Shown here: positions 51,360-64,000 of the stretch, one piece after another
How positions within the stretch are numbered: position 1 is the stretch's first letter
How the letters are laid out: the number at the start of each line of letters is the position of its first letter
DNA from: Eledone cirrhosa
Lineage: Eukaryota
DNA length: 64,000 nucleotides
Reading direction: 5' to 3'
NCBI GenBank assembly: GCA_964016885.1
Contig: OZ024762.1
Span: 8,866,001 to 8,930,000, forward strand
The notes under the pieces: generated by a model
Told to the model about the DNA's origin: nothing
The model's database searches: none
What the model saw: only the letters and a program-made list of their open reading frames with translations
Translations under genes and position numbers: made by a program

Positions 51360-53305
51360 ATGTATGAGTATGAGTGTGTGTGTGTGTGAGTGTATGGATG
51401 TGTGTGAGTGTAAGTATGTGTGTGTATGTATGAGTATGTGTGTGTGTGTGTGTGTGAGTGTATGGATGTGTGTGAGTGTATGTATGTGTGTGTGTGTGTG
51501 TGAGTATGGATGTGTGTGAGTCTATGTATGTGTGTATATGTATGAGTATGTGAGTGTGTGTGTGAGTGTATGTGTGTGTGCGAGTGTATGTATGTGTGTG
51601 TGTGTATGTATGTGTGTGTGTACATGTCTAATGTATATGGGATATATATGTGTGTGAGTGTATGTGTGTGTGTGTGTATACATGTCTAATGTATATGGGA
51701 TATATATCTGTGTGAGTATGTGAGTGTATGTATGTGTGTGTGTGTGTGTGAGTATGGATGTGTGTGAGTCTATGTATGTGTGTATATGTATGAGTATGTG
51801 AGTGTGTGTGTGAGTGTATGTGCGAGTGTATGTATGTGTGTGTGTACATGTCTAATGTATATGGGATATATATGTGTGTGAGTGTATGTGTGTGTGTGTG
51901 TGCGTGTGTACATGTCTAATGTATATGGGATATATGTGTGTGAGTATGTGTGTGTGAGTGTATGTATGTGTGTGTGTGTGTGTATACATGTCTAATGTAT
52001 ATGGGATATATATCTGTGTGAGTATGTGAGTGTATGTATGTGTGTGTGTGTGTGTGTACATGACTAATGTATATGGGATATATATGTGTGTGAGTATGTG
52101 TGTGTGAGTGTATGTATGTGTGTGTGTGAGTCTATGTATGTGTGTATATGTATGAGTATGTGAGTGTGTGTGTGAGTGTATGTGTGTGTGTGAGTGTATG
52201 TATGTGTGTGTGTGTATGTATGTGCGTGTGTACATGTCTAATGTATATGGGATATATATCTGTGTGAGTATGTGTGTGTGAGTGTATGTATGTGTGTGTG
52301 TGCGTGTGTACATGTCTAATGTATATGGGATATATATGTGTGTGAGTATGTGTGTGTGAGTGTATGTATGTGTGTGTGTGTGTGTGTACATGTCTAATGT
52401 ATATGGGATATATATGTGTGAGTATGTGTGTGTGAGTGTATGTATGTGTGTGTGTGCGTGTGTACATGTCTAATGTATATGGGATATATATGTGTGTGAG
52501 TGTATGTATGTGTGTGTGTGTGTGTGTACTTGACTAATGTATATGGGATATAACCACAAAAGCTTATTTCCTGTATGCCACTAGAGGTCAGGAGTGTCTC
52601 AACTCAGTACTGTGGTCACCGTTTGGTGAGAAAAATAATGACCAATGACATGACACCATTTACACATACATCCACTCACATACACGCACATACATATACA
52701 CACACATACACCCACACATACATATACACACTCATACATACACACACATCCATATGCATACACACATGCATACATACACATACACACATACATACATACA
52801 CACACATACACATGTACACACACACATATATACACACACACACACATACATACATACACACACGCACACATACACACACGCACACATGCATACACATACA
52901 CCCACACATACATATACACACTCATACATACACACACATCCATATGCACACACACATGCATACACACACACACATACATACATACACACACATACACATG
53001 TACACACACACATATATACACACACACATACATACATACACACACGCACACATACACACACGCACACATGCATACACATACACCCACACATACATATACA
53101 CACTCATACATACACACACATCCATATGCATACACACATGCATACATACACACACACACATACATACATACACACACATACACATGTACACACACACATA
53201 CATATACACACACACACACACATACATACATACACACACGCACACATACACACACGCACACATGCATACACATACATACACACATACATACATACACTTA
53301 CACAC
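51360..53305. repeat. Microsatellite-derived higher-order arrays (tacatgtctaatgtatatgggatata units 51620-52550; ~180-bp CA-rich units 52660-53305)
   Basis: Direct inspection. Confidence 0.85.
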
Positions 53306-53387
53306 ACTACCTCAAAACTTAGGCTGTCTTTTACGGAAGTATTAAGCACTTTGAAATGGTTTTGTACTAAATGGAATAGTTAAAGCA

Positions 53388-53436
<49 letters not shown>

Positions 53437-53645
53437 TATATTTGTATTATTTATTTGTACATATATATATATATATTTGTATATGTGTATATTTGTATAT
53501 ATATATATATATATATATTTGTATATGTGTATATTTGTATATGTGTATATTTGTATATGTGTATATTTGTAAATGTATATATTTGTGTATATATATATAT
53601 ATGTATGTATACATATGTATATATATATATGCGTGTGTGTGTATC

Positions 53646-53711
<66 letters not shown>

Positions 53712-54097
53712 CATACGCATGATCATCGTCAACATAATAAAATTATGATGGAAGGTTTTAGATAAATATAAACATATTAACAGTAAGAGGTGAGAGAATT
53801 CTGGCTGGTTATGGCCAGTTTAAATGCTAAAGGGATAATACAAATGACAGTTCTTATTTCAATTACATTGGTAATGCTTAGTAGCCCTGCCTGCACTTAA
53901 CTTTTTTTTTTAATGCAGAAGGAACCCCATGGAAATTTTTTTTCAATTTTATCCTAAATTAAACTTATCAATCAAACCATATTTCTTTCTTTGAATCTAA
54001 TATTTCCCTTTTTCTTTTCTCATTTTAGGTAAGAACTGCAGGGATTTGCTGCAATTTTACGCCCACTATATGTATGTATAAATGCATGTGTTGTGTA

Positions 54098-54156
<59 letters not shown>

Positions 54157-54159
<3 letters not shown>

Positions 54160-54560
54160 TAAAAGGGGTATTTAATTTGTTGGAAGTCCGACAAATATAA
54201 ATGTTTATAACTGATTTAGAGCACTCAACAGTTTACTGGAGTAAATATTCAATGATATTAAATAAATGGAAACTATATTTATAAAACCATATTTATTTTA
54301 TTATATATATTTCAAGGGTACCAAGACACATTGGTGCGGTTTCATCAGATAAAATATACAAAGTTTGTTTTATAAATAGAGACATACCCATGAAAATCAT
54401 ACTTTATCAGTTGGATTTTCATGGGTATGTCTCTATTTATAAAACAAACTTTGTATTTTATCTGATGAAAGCGTACCAATGTGTCTTGGTACCCTTGAAA
54501 TATATATAATAAAATAAATATGGTTTTATAAATATAGCTTCCATTTATTTAATATCATTG
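54157..54560 (-). mobile_element. Fold-back Penelope-like terminus (arms 54250-54398 / 54414-54560, unique tail 54157-54249)
   Basis: ~148-bp inverted repeat between (TA)n, hammerhead in each arm. Confidence 0.75.
54456..54514 (+). ncRNA. Type I hammerhead ribozyme; mirror copy core 54342-54348 minus
   Basis: ttttat-CTGATGA(54462-54468)-AAGCGTACCAA tgtgtc TTGGTACCCTT-GAAA-TATATA-TA-ataaaa. Confidence 0.78.
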
Positions 54561-54622
<62 letters not shown>

Positions 54623-54624
<2 letters not shown>

Positions 54625-54810
54625 TACGTTATTCCGGGTTGAATCGGAAGTAACCACAGTAAGTAAGGTACTCAATACATTGCAGAGTATAGATGAGATT
54701 CTACAGGACTAGAACTGTTTCATTCTTTAGAAATCATCAGGAATCAGATTCCTGATGATTTCTAAAGAATGAAACAGTTCTAGTCCTGTAGAATCTCATC
54801 TCTATTAAAA
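54623..54810. mobile_element. Fold-back family B element with two intact hammerheads (cores 54734-54740 minus, 54752-54758 plus)
   Basis: agattc-CTGATGA-tttc taaa gaat-GAAA-CAG ttctagtc CTG-TA-gaatct. Confidence 0.78.
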
Positions 54811-54824
54811 TATATATATATATC

Positions 54825-55195
54825 CAGGGGGTCTAACTAGGAGTTACTGCAGGTTCACCCGGGAGAGCACTCGATGTTTAGGTTCACTTCTGTGATGAGG
54901 TGTAGAGCTATACAGAGTGTAATATATATATAGAAAGGATAAAAAGGACAATTGATTATTCCTTCATTGCATTTATTGATAGGTGACGTGCGTTTCGCCG
55001 CTGATCGGCTCAAGGTTCGATCTGTATCGATCCTACCCGACTCATTTCTTATAGCATTTTAAGAGGGTCCGTCGAGCTGCCGATTATTGAGTCGGGTAGG
55101 ATCGATATAGATCGAACCTTGAGCTGATCAGTGGCGAAACGCGCGTCACCTATCAATAAATGCAATGAAGGAATAACCAATCGTCCTTTTTATCC

Positions 55196-55200
<5 letters not shown>
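54825..55200. mobile_element. Fold-back Penelope-like terminus (arms ~54931-55043 / ~55089-55200) with hammerhead 3' half; related pieces at 31205-31270 and 31450-31552
   Basis: CGAAA-CGCGCG-TC-acctatc-AATAAA in right arm, variant in left arm; 5' core not seen. Confidence 0.55.
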
Positions 55201-55227
<27 letters not shown>

Positions 55228-55956
55228 CCTGGGACGAGCTGATAAACTCCGACCTCACACACTTACACCTCACCAAGACAATGTCACTGGACCGAGACCT
55301 TTGGCGGTACTCAGTAATAGAGAAGACCCGCCTTACCTAAATATATAGTAAAACCTACTACAGTCAGTAGGCATCTCTAACAAAATACACCCCCGTCCCA
55401 CCACCCCCACCCCATCCACACCACCCCCTTCTATGTAAAGTTATGTTGGTGCCACACCATCCAGGCCGAAACAAATGAGATCGTGTAGGTGTCACGACAA
55501 AAAAACACACAGTCCACGCTGTAATGTGGCCGTGTAGGCAACACGGTAAAAACCTCCCAGACCCACACTGTAAATGTGGTTGGTGTTAGGAAGGGCATCC
55601 AAGTGTAGAAAACCCGCCAGACAGTCCTATGCGAGCAAGACAATCACTCTTGCCTCAAGTGGGAAAACCCCCGTCCAAACCCATGCAAGCGTGGAACACA
55701 GACGCTAAACCTGATGATGATGATGATGATGATGAAAACATCTAAAAATAGGTTTGTTAATTCAAATGTGCATAATACTTTTACTACTAGACAGATCATC
55801 ATCATCGTTTAATATCCATTTTCTATGCTAGCATGGGTTACGTAAGTTGTCCTGACATTGTGAGACTAGTCAGATCAGGTAACCATGTCTTGCTCATACA
55901 GAACTGTTTCTGGCTTGGTTTCTATAGCTAGATGCCCTTCCTAACACCAACCACAT

Positions 55957-57297
55957 TTACAGTGAGGACTGGGTGCTGTTGTGACACCAACACAACCATT
56001 TTACAATGAGGACTGGGTGCTGTTTGTTGTGACACCAACACAACCATTTTACAGTGAGGACTGGGTGCTGTTTGTTGTGACACCAACACAACCATTTTAC
56101 AGTGAGGACTGGGTGCTGTTTGTTGTGACACCAACACAACCATTTTACAGTGAGGACTGGGTGCTGTTTGTTGTGACACCAACACAACCACATTTACAGT
56201 GAGGACTGGGTGCTTTTTGTTATGACACCAACACAACCATTTTACAGTGAGGACTGGGTGCTGTTTGTTGCGACACCAACACAACCATTTTACAGTGAGG
56301 ACTGGGTGCTGTTTGTTGTGACACCAACACAACCATTTTACAGTGAGGACTGTGTGCTGTTTGTTGTGACACCAACACAACCATTTTACAGTGAGGACTG
56401 TGTGCTGTTTGTTGTGACACCAACACAACCATTTTACAGTGAGGACTGGGTGCTGTTTGTTGTGACACCAACACAACCATTTTACAATGAGGACTGGGTG
56501 CTGTTTGCTGCGACACCAACACAACCATTTTACAGTGAGGACTGGGTGCTGTTTGTTGTGACACCAACACAATCACTTTACAGTGAGGACTAGGTGCTTT
56601 TCATCATGGCACCAACATAACCACTTTACAGTGAGGACTGGGTGCTGTTTGTTGTGACACCAACATAACCACTTTACAGTGAGGACTGACTGCTTTTTGT
56701 TGTGAAACCTACACGACTACTTTACAGTGTGGACTGGGTGCTTTTTGTTGTGACACCTACAGGACTACTTTACAGTGTGGACTGGGTGCTTTTTGTTGTG
56801 ACACCAACATGACCACCTTACAGTGAGGACTGACTGCTTTTTGTTGTGACACCTACACGACTACTTTACAGTGTGGACTGGGTGGTTTTTGTTGTGACAC
56901 CAACATGACCACTTTACAGTGAGGACACTGCTTTTTGTTGTGACACCCACACAACTACTTTACAGTGTGAACTGGGTGCTTTTTGTTGTGACACCAACAT
57001 GACCACTTTACAGTGAGGACTGACTGCTTTTTGTTGTGACACCCACACGACTACTTTACAGTGTGGACTGGGTGCTTTTTGTTGTGACACCAACATGACC
57101 ACTTTACAGTGAGGACTGACTGCTTTTTGTTGTGAAACCTACACGACTACTTTACAGTGAGGACTTACTGCTTTTTGTTGTGACACCCACATAACCACTT
57201 TACAGTAAGGACTGACTGCTTTTTGTTGTGACACCTACACAACTACTTTAAAGTGTGGACTGGGTGCTCTCTGTTGACACCAACACAACCACTTTAC
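55957..57297. repeat. 48-bp tandem array (~28 copies) inside an RTE 3'UTR copy starting ~55795
   Basis: acagtgaggactgggtgctgtttgttgtgacaccaacacaaccatttt. Confidence 0.95.
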
Positions 57298-57370
57298 TGT
57301 ATATTTCTGTATTTGACAGTGTAAAAACTTCACATTGTCCTGTCAGTTGTGTCAGTCTCCCCTCTCTCAC

Positions 57371-57504
57371 CAATCCTATATTTATAGCGATATCTTTAAA
57401 CTCGTTCAAGTGCCTGATGACTAGGTCACAACTTTGATCACTTTTCGACAGTCTGGAGGGATGGGCATAATTGGACCTTGAAACATTAGGTAGCACCTTT
57501 TGTT
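57371..57504 (-). CDS. Candidate exon (134 nt, phase 1->0): [45 protein letters not shown]
   Basis: ctaagttcatacacag|AACAAA...GGATTG|gtgaga; only one frame open. Confidence 0.5.
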
Positions 57505-57587
57505 CTGTGTATGAACTTAGATAAATAATATATGTTATATATATAAATATTTGAATATATATATATATATGTGTGTGTGTATATATG

Positions 57588-57624
<37 letters not shown>

Positions 57625-57688
57625 ATATATATGTGTGAATATATGTATATGTATATAATATATGTGTGTATATATGTATGTATATATA

Positions 57689-57719
<31 letters not shown>

Positions 57720-57746
57720 GTGTGTATATATATATATACACACACA

Positions 57747-57812
<66 letters not shown>

Positions 57813-58136
57813 CAGGTCGGGTAAAATTCCCGAGATCCATGAATGAGGTCGTGTAGGTGTCACGAAAAAAAAAACACACAGTCCACGCTGTAATGTGGCC
57901 GTGTAGGTAACACGGTAAAAACCTCCCAGTCCACACTGTAAACGTGGTTGGTGTTAGGAAGGGCATCCAGCTGTAGAAAACCCGCCAGACAGTCCTATGC
58001 GAGCAAGACAACCACTCTTGCCTCAAGTGGGAAAACTCCCGTCCAAACCCATGCAAGCTTGGAATATGGACGTTAAGCGATGATGATGAAGAAGAATCAA
58101 AGTCTTGTTACTCTAAATATATATTTATAGGCAATT

Positions 58137-58477
58137 CATTTTCATCATTTCATTTTACGTCCCCTTTTTCCCTGCTTGCAAGGGTGGGACAGCAACTGAT
58201 GCTGGCTTGATTTCTACAGCTGGATGCCCTTCCTAACACCAACCTCATTTACAGTGAGTACTGGGTGCTTTTTTGCCGTGGCACCTCCACGACCACTTTA
58301 CAGTGGAATGATAGGGACCCCAGTCCCTATCATCTCATTTCTACAGCTGAGTAAACTGGAGCAATGTGAAATAAAGTGTCTTGCTCAAGGAAACAACACA
58401 TCACCCAGTCTGAGAATTGAACTCACAACCTTTCGATTGCAAGGCCAATGCTCTAACCACTAAGCCATGTGCCTCCA
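58137..58477 (-). mobile_element. Full-length SINE-C inserted in an old SINE-N head
   Basis: Identity to SINE-C; old SINE-N continues 58480-58640. Confidence 0.85.
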
Positions 58478-58735
58478 ATGAATTGGCATATTAGAACAGA
58501 ACATCAGATAGAATGCTTTGTGATATTCGTTCTGGCTCTCTACTCTCTGCTCTCTGAGTTCAAATTTAGCCACAGTCAACTTTGTCTTTCACTATTTCGA
58601 GGTCGATAAAAAAAGTACTAGTCTAGTACTGCAGTCAATTCTTCCTCTATATCTCTTTCTCATTTCTAAATAATTAGTACACTACAGACCCGATATACAA
58701 TGTAAATAACAATCAAAGCGTGTTTAATACATTTA

Positions 58736-58785
58736 ACCTCTTACGATTGTTTCATCCTAGCATAAGGCTGGGATCATCAGAGGAA
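58736..58785 (-). ncRNA. Minimal hammerhead ribozyme (imperfect stem I)
   Basis: cct-CTGATGA(58774-58780)-TCCCAGC cttat GCTAGGAT-GAAAC aatc GTA-agagg. Confidence 0.6.
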
Positions 58786-59242
58786 ATAATAAAGGTTGAA
58801 CACAAATTTAATATCAGAACTTTGTCACAAGAACATTAGGAGGATGCATAATATGGGAGGCTAGATAAGCATATGTATCAACATTTATATAAGATAAGGT
58901 GGGAAAAGCATTTGAAGAATAGGAGCAGATAACTGTAATAAAAATTAGGAGCTGATAAAAGCAATAAAAATTAAAAACATGCTGTTACAGATAATTTAAG
59001 GACAGTGAAAAACATGTATCATAAGTAGTTAAGAAAATTAATAAAGTTAATAATAGAAGGCATGCAATTCAAATATTAATTTAAAAATACATCTCCAAAA
59101 AATATTTTTTTAAAAATATATTTAAAAATATATTTTAAATAGTTTAGATCTTCTTGTAGCATAGCCAGGGATTACAGACAGGTGCAAGACTATAAGTTTG
59201 ACTACATATTTCTGTCATAATAATAATTATTTTTGTCATTTA

Positions 59243-59276
<34 letters not shown>

Positions 59277-59282
<6 letters not shown>

Positions 59283-59500
59283 TAAAATAACAAATTAAAG
59301 TTTAAGCAAAGAATTGCTGCTTTCACCCTTAACGGGATCTTCTGAAACATCAGAAGATCCCGTTAAGAGTGAAAGCAGTGATTCTTTGCTTAAACTTTAA
59401 TCTGTTATTTTAATAAATATTTGCTCTACGGTTCTTATATATTTGATATATATTTATCCTTATCGAGCCCTCTTTGGATTTTAGTCTTCAAATTTATTAT
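59277..59500 (+). mobile_element. Fold-back family C element with CAGAAGA-core hammerheads
   Basis: Arms ~59277-59345 / ~59350-59418; identity to 41190-41437. Confidence 0.65.
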
Positions 59501-59503
59501 TAT

Positions 59504-59545
<42 letters not shown>

Positions 59546-60045
59546 TATTATCATCATCATCATCATCATCATCGTCCATCTTCCATGCTAGCATGGGTTG
59601 GATGGGTTTGTCCCACGGGTGACCGTGTCTCGCTCGTATAGAACTGTTTCTGGCAGGTTTTCTACGGCTGGATGACCTTCCTAACACCAACCACATTTAC
59701 AGTGTGGACTGGGAGCCTTTTTACCATGTCTCCTACACGACTACTTTACAGTGGGGGCTGGGTGCTTTTTGTCATGTCACCTACACGACCACTTTACAGT
59801 AGATGGAAATGGGAGGATGGTTGTGGGGTGGGAGTGTATATTTGGTTAATAGGTGCCTACTGACTGTAGGTTTAAGTTTGTATGCAAGGGAAGGTGGGTC
59901 TTCTGTATAACTGCAGGGCACCAAAGATCTCGATCCAGTGACTTTGTCTTAGAGAGGTGTAAGTGAGCAAGGTCAGTTTTTATCACCTCGTCCCAGGTTT
60001 TTCTTGGTCTACCCACTCCATAGATTCCATTAATTTTGATCGCTC

Positions 60046-60229
60046 TTACCAGTAATACACTGGGTTTTTGCTGGCCTTGTGCCAAAAGTAGAAACAATTA
60101 TATATATATATATATATATATCATTATATATATAAGGTTAACTTTGCCTTTCATCCTTACGGGGTCGATAAAATAAAGTACCAGTAATGTACTGGGTAAT
60201 TGCTGGCCTTGTGCCAAAAGTAGAAACAA

Positions 60230-60283
<54 letters not shown>

Positions 60284-60465
60284 GTTTCTATTTTAGGCAC
60301 AAGGCCAGCAATTACCCAGTGTATTACTGGTACTTTATTTTATCGACCCCGTAAGGATGAAAGGCAAAGTTAACCTCAGCGGGATTTGAACTCAGATCAT
60401 AAAGGGACGTAACTCTATGCTTCAAAGCATGGTGTCCGACTCTCTACCGATACTGCCAATCCACC

Positions 60466-60466
<1 letters not shown>
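60046..60466. mobile_element. SINE-N fragments in both orientations separated by (TA)n
   Basis: 60046-60100(+), 60134-60233(+), 60279-60466(-). Confidence 0.8.
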
Positions 60467-60512
<46 letters not shown>

Positions 60513-60546
60513 TTTTGATGTATTGAAGGCTTCTTTGTTTACTTTC

Positions 60547-61200
<654 letters not shown>

Positions 61201-61257
61201 AACAGGAGCTATTCATCATTTAATAGAATTGACAAAAAATGAACAATAAAATTAACT

Positions 61258-61295
<38 letters not shown>

Positions 61296-61878
61296 TATAA
61301 TGATATTTTTTCTTTATTTACTATCTTAACTAAATATAATTTATTGACTTCCTTGAAAGGTCACAGACAGGAGTTCACATTACTGTCTAGTGAAGATAAC
61401 CCCCATCTGTGTGTGGTGTGGTGGGTCGGTGTGGTGTGGTATGTGTATGTGGTGGTTCGGTGTGTGTGTTGGTATCTTTACTATAAAATCTGTACTCTGG
61501 TTCCCCATGGCTGGCTTTATCTCTAGATATTAATGATTGGTATTGAATGTAAAGAATTCTTGAATTCCTAAATCACTGAACACCCCTGTAAATTCTTCTT
61601 CTTCTTTGTCACCCACTTATTCCTGAGAGGGTCGTGTGGGGCCAGAGTCCTCAAACACTCCTTCCAGTGGGTCTTGTCAGAAGCAACCATCTCCAATTGC
61701 TTAGGCCAGTGGTATTTATCCCGGTTTCATTGGTGTTAAGGGACTGAGAGTACAAGACTTTCCCTCCTGGACAGGATGATAGTCCATCATAAGATGCTGG
61801 TGGTGGTGGTTCTTCTTTTTCTTTTTCTTTTCGTCCTTCTTTTTCTTCGCCCACTTATTCCTGAGAGGGTCGTGGGGC

Positions 61879-62765
61879 CAGAGTCCTCAAACACTCCTTT
61901 TAATAGGTCCTGTCAGAAGCAACCTGGACAGAGTCCTCAAACACTCCTTTTAGTAGGTCCTGTCAGAAGCAACCTGGGCAGAGTCCTCAAACACTCCTAA
62001 TAGGTCCTGTCAGAAGCAACCTGGGCAGAGTCCTCAAACACTCCTTTTAGTAGGTCCTGTCAGAAGCAACCTGGGCAGAGTCCTCAAACACTCCTTTTAG
62101 TAGGTCCTGTCAGAAGCAACCTAGGCAGAGTCCTCAAACACTCCTTTTAGTAGGTCCTGTCAGAAGCAACCTGGGCAGAGTCCTCAAACACTCCTAATAG
62201 GTCCTGTCAGAAGCAACCTGGGCAGAGTCCTCAAACACTCCTTTTAGTAGGTCCTGTCAGAAGCAACCTGGGCAGAGTCCTCAAACACTCCTTTTAGTAG
62301 GTCCTGTCAGAAGCAACCTGGGCAGAGTCCTCAAACACTCCTTTTAGTAGGTCCTGTCAGAAGCAACCTGGACAGAGTCCTCAAACACTCCTTTTAGTAG
62401 GTCCTGTCAGAAGCAACCTGGGCAGAGTCCTCAAACACTCCTTTTAGTAGGTCCTGTCAGAAGCAACCTGGGCAGAGTCCTCAAACACTCCTTTTAGTAG
62501 GTCCTGTCAGAAGCAACCTGGGCAGAGTCCTCAAACACTCCTTTTAGTAGGTCCTGTCAGAAGCAACCTGGGCAGAGTCCTCAAACACTCCTTTTAGTAG
62601 GTCCTGTCAGAAGCAACCTGGGCAGAGTCCTCAAACACTCCTTTTTGTAGGTCCTGTCAGAAGCAACCTGGACAGAGTCCTCAAACACTCCTTTTAGTAG
62701 GTCCTGTCAGAAGCAACCTGGGCAGAGTCCTCAAACACTCCTAGTAGGTCCTGTCAGAAGCAACC
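61879..62765. repeat. 50-bp tandem array (~18 copies, some 47-bp) amplified from LINE 3' end
   Basis: agagtcctcaaacactccttttagtaggtcctgtcagaagcaacctgggc; monomeric parent at ~61600-61700. Confidence 0.95.
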
Positions 62766-63567
62766 ATCTTCAATTAATCTGGCTGCATCCTATTCATAAT
62801 TAAAAAAAAACAAAAAACTTAGTCTTTTCAAAGCCTGGAGGTTCATTAGAACAGCGGTATTTATCCCGGTTTCATCGTGTTAAGGGGCTGAGAGTACAAT
62901 ACTCTCTCTCCTGGACAGGACAACAGTTAATCATAAGGTTTACCTCAAACTGTTACTACTGGTTCCTAACACTTCACACCACCACCACCACCACAGGACC
63001 AAAGCCTTTCCACCACCACCACCCACCACCACAACAACCAAAAGCTTCAGACCTCCACCACCACCACCACCACCACCACAGAACCACACTCTTCACACCA
63101 CCATCACCAACGCAGAACCACATCCTTCACACCACCTCAGAACCACACTCTTCACACCACCACCACCATCAAAACCTTCAGACCAGCACCACAACCAAAA
63201 CCTTCAGGCCTCCACCACCACCAAAGAAACAAACTCTTCATACCACCTTCACCACCACCACCACCACCACCACCATCACCACCACACTACACCACTACCA
63301 CCACCATTCTGCACATTCCAGTCCAGTAAGGTTCCCTTATCTCTGATGGACATCTGGGAGTCTTTCTTTCACCAATCCCTCTAAAAACCTGTCCATTTAC
63401 ATCCTGGTCAAGTCTTTTTGCCATTTCTTAAAACACTCTTTCCTTCTTAACTTTTAACATCCTGTCATGATTTAGCAGAAAATATGTAAAAACTTATTTG
63501 TTACTTCAAATGTTTATAGTATCTTTAATACTGAACAGATTGTTGTGAAAATTTGTAATATTAACTT

Positions 63568-63784
63568 TTAACCCTTTAGCATTTAAAATACTTTATATTT
63601 ACTATTGTATTTTCATGGTAAACACTTTATTTCACATAATTATCTCATAATATTGAATCTATAAGATCTTAATAGTATTTATTTTGTGAACAATACCTTA
63701 ACATCAGTATAAGTGGTCAGTTATGGCCGGTTTGAACAGAAAGACGTACGAGAATTCTGGCCGGTTTAAATGCTAAAGGGTTAA
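63568..63784. mobile_element. piggyBac-like MITE, uninterrupted copy
   Basis: TTAA(63568-71)-CCCTTTAGCATTTAAA...TTTAAATGCTAAAGGG-TTAA(63781-84). Confidence 0.75.
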
Positions 63785-63786
63785 TA

Positions 63787-64000
63787 TCCTGTAATGATTT
63801 AGCAGAAAATATCTAAAAACAGGTTTGTTAATTCAAACGTTTATGGTATCTTTACTAGTGGACAGATTGTTGCAAACATTTGCAGTACTAACTCTTAACA
63901 TCCTGTAATGATTTAGCAGAAAATATCTAAAAACAGGTTTGTTAATTCAAACGTTTATGGTATCTTTACTAGTGGACAGATTGTTGCAAACATTTGCAGT
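63787..64000. repeat. 114-bp tandem repeat running off the window; diverged copy at ~63460-63567
   Basis: tcctgtaatgatttagcagaaaatatc at 63787 and 63901. Confidence 0.85.

Noticed and set aside
55957-57297. CRISPR-like appearance of 38-50 bp arrays (also 44781, 50286, 61879, 40113)
   Set aside because: No unique spacers, no cas genes, eukaryotic context; units derive from LINE sequence or microsatellites.
57414-57420. CTGATGA as a hammerhead core
   Set aside because: No convincing stem II/GAAA/stem I arrangement; lies antisense within a candidate exon.
58790-59230. Possible GIY-YIG/PLE ORF remnant upstream of the 58736 hammerhead
   Set aside because: AT-rich with frequent stops; no recognisable motif by eye.

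Overview
AT-rich, microsatellite-saturated eukaryotic DNA, most consistent with a coleoid cephalopod (octopod-like SINE/LINE repertoire; inferred, not verified). Almost all long ORFs in the track are artefacts of (TA)n/(TG)n/(CAC)n repeats. Real content: (1) candidate small minus-strand exons (57371-57504, 30238-30371, 18156-18180?, 17214-17263, 14534-14600, 299-366) of an unidentified Cys-rich gene or gene pair with very long introns; (2) 5'-truncated RTE-clade LINEs, one with a PHD finger inside the RT C-terminal region, plus tRNA/CORE-type SINEs sharing the LINE 3' tail and a second Nin/Deu-like SINE family; (3) TTAA-flanked piggyBac-like and Tc1/mariner-like MITEs; (4) minisatellites amplified from retroelement 3' ends. 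The most striking signal is about 20 type-I hammerhead ribozyme motifs from many distinct sequence families, in short (TA)n-embedded, often fold-back elements resembling Penelope-like element termini. They show covarying stems, palindromic stem III, a family-wide non-canonical core, and a shared motif about 45-70 nt from the (TA)n junction. All calls were made by eye; repeat boundaries are approximate.
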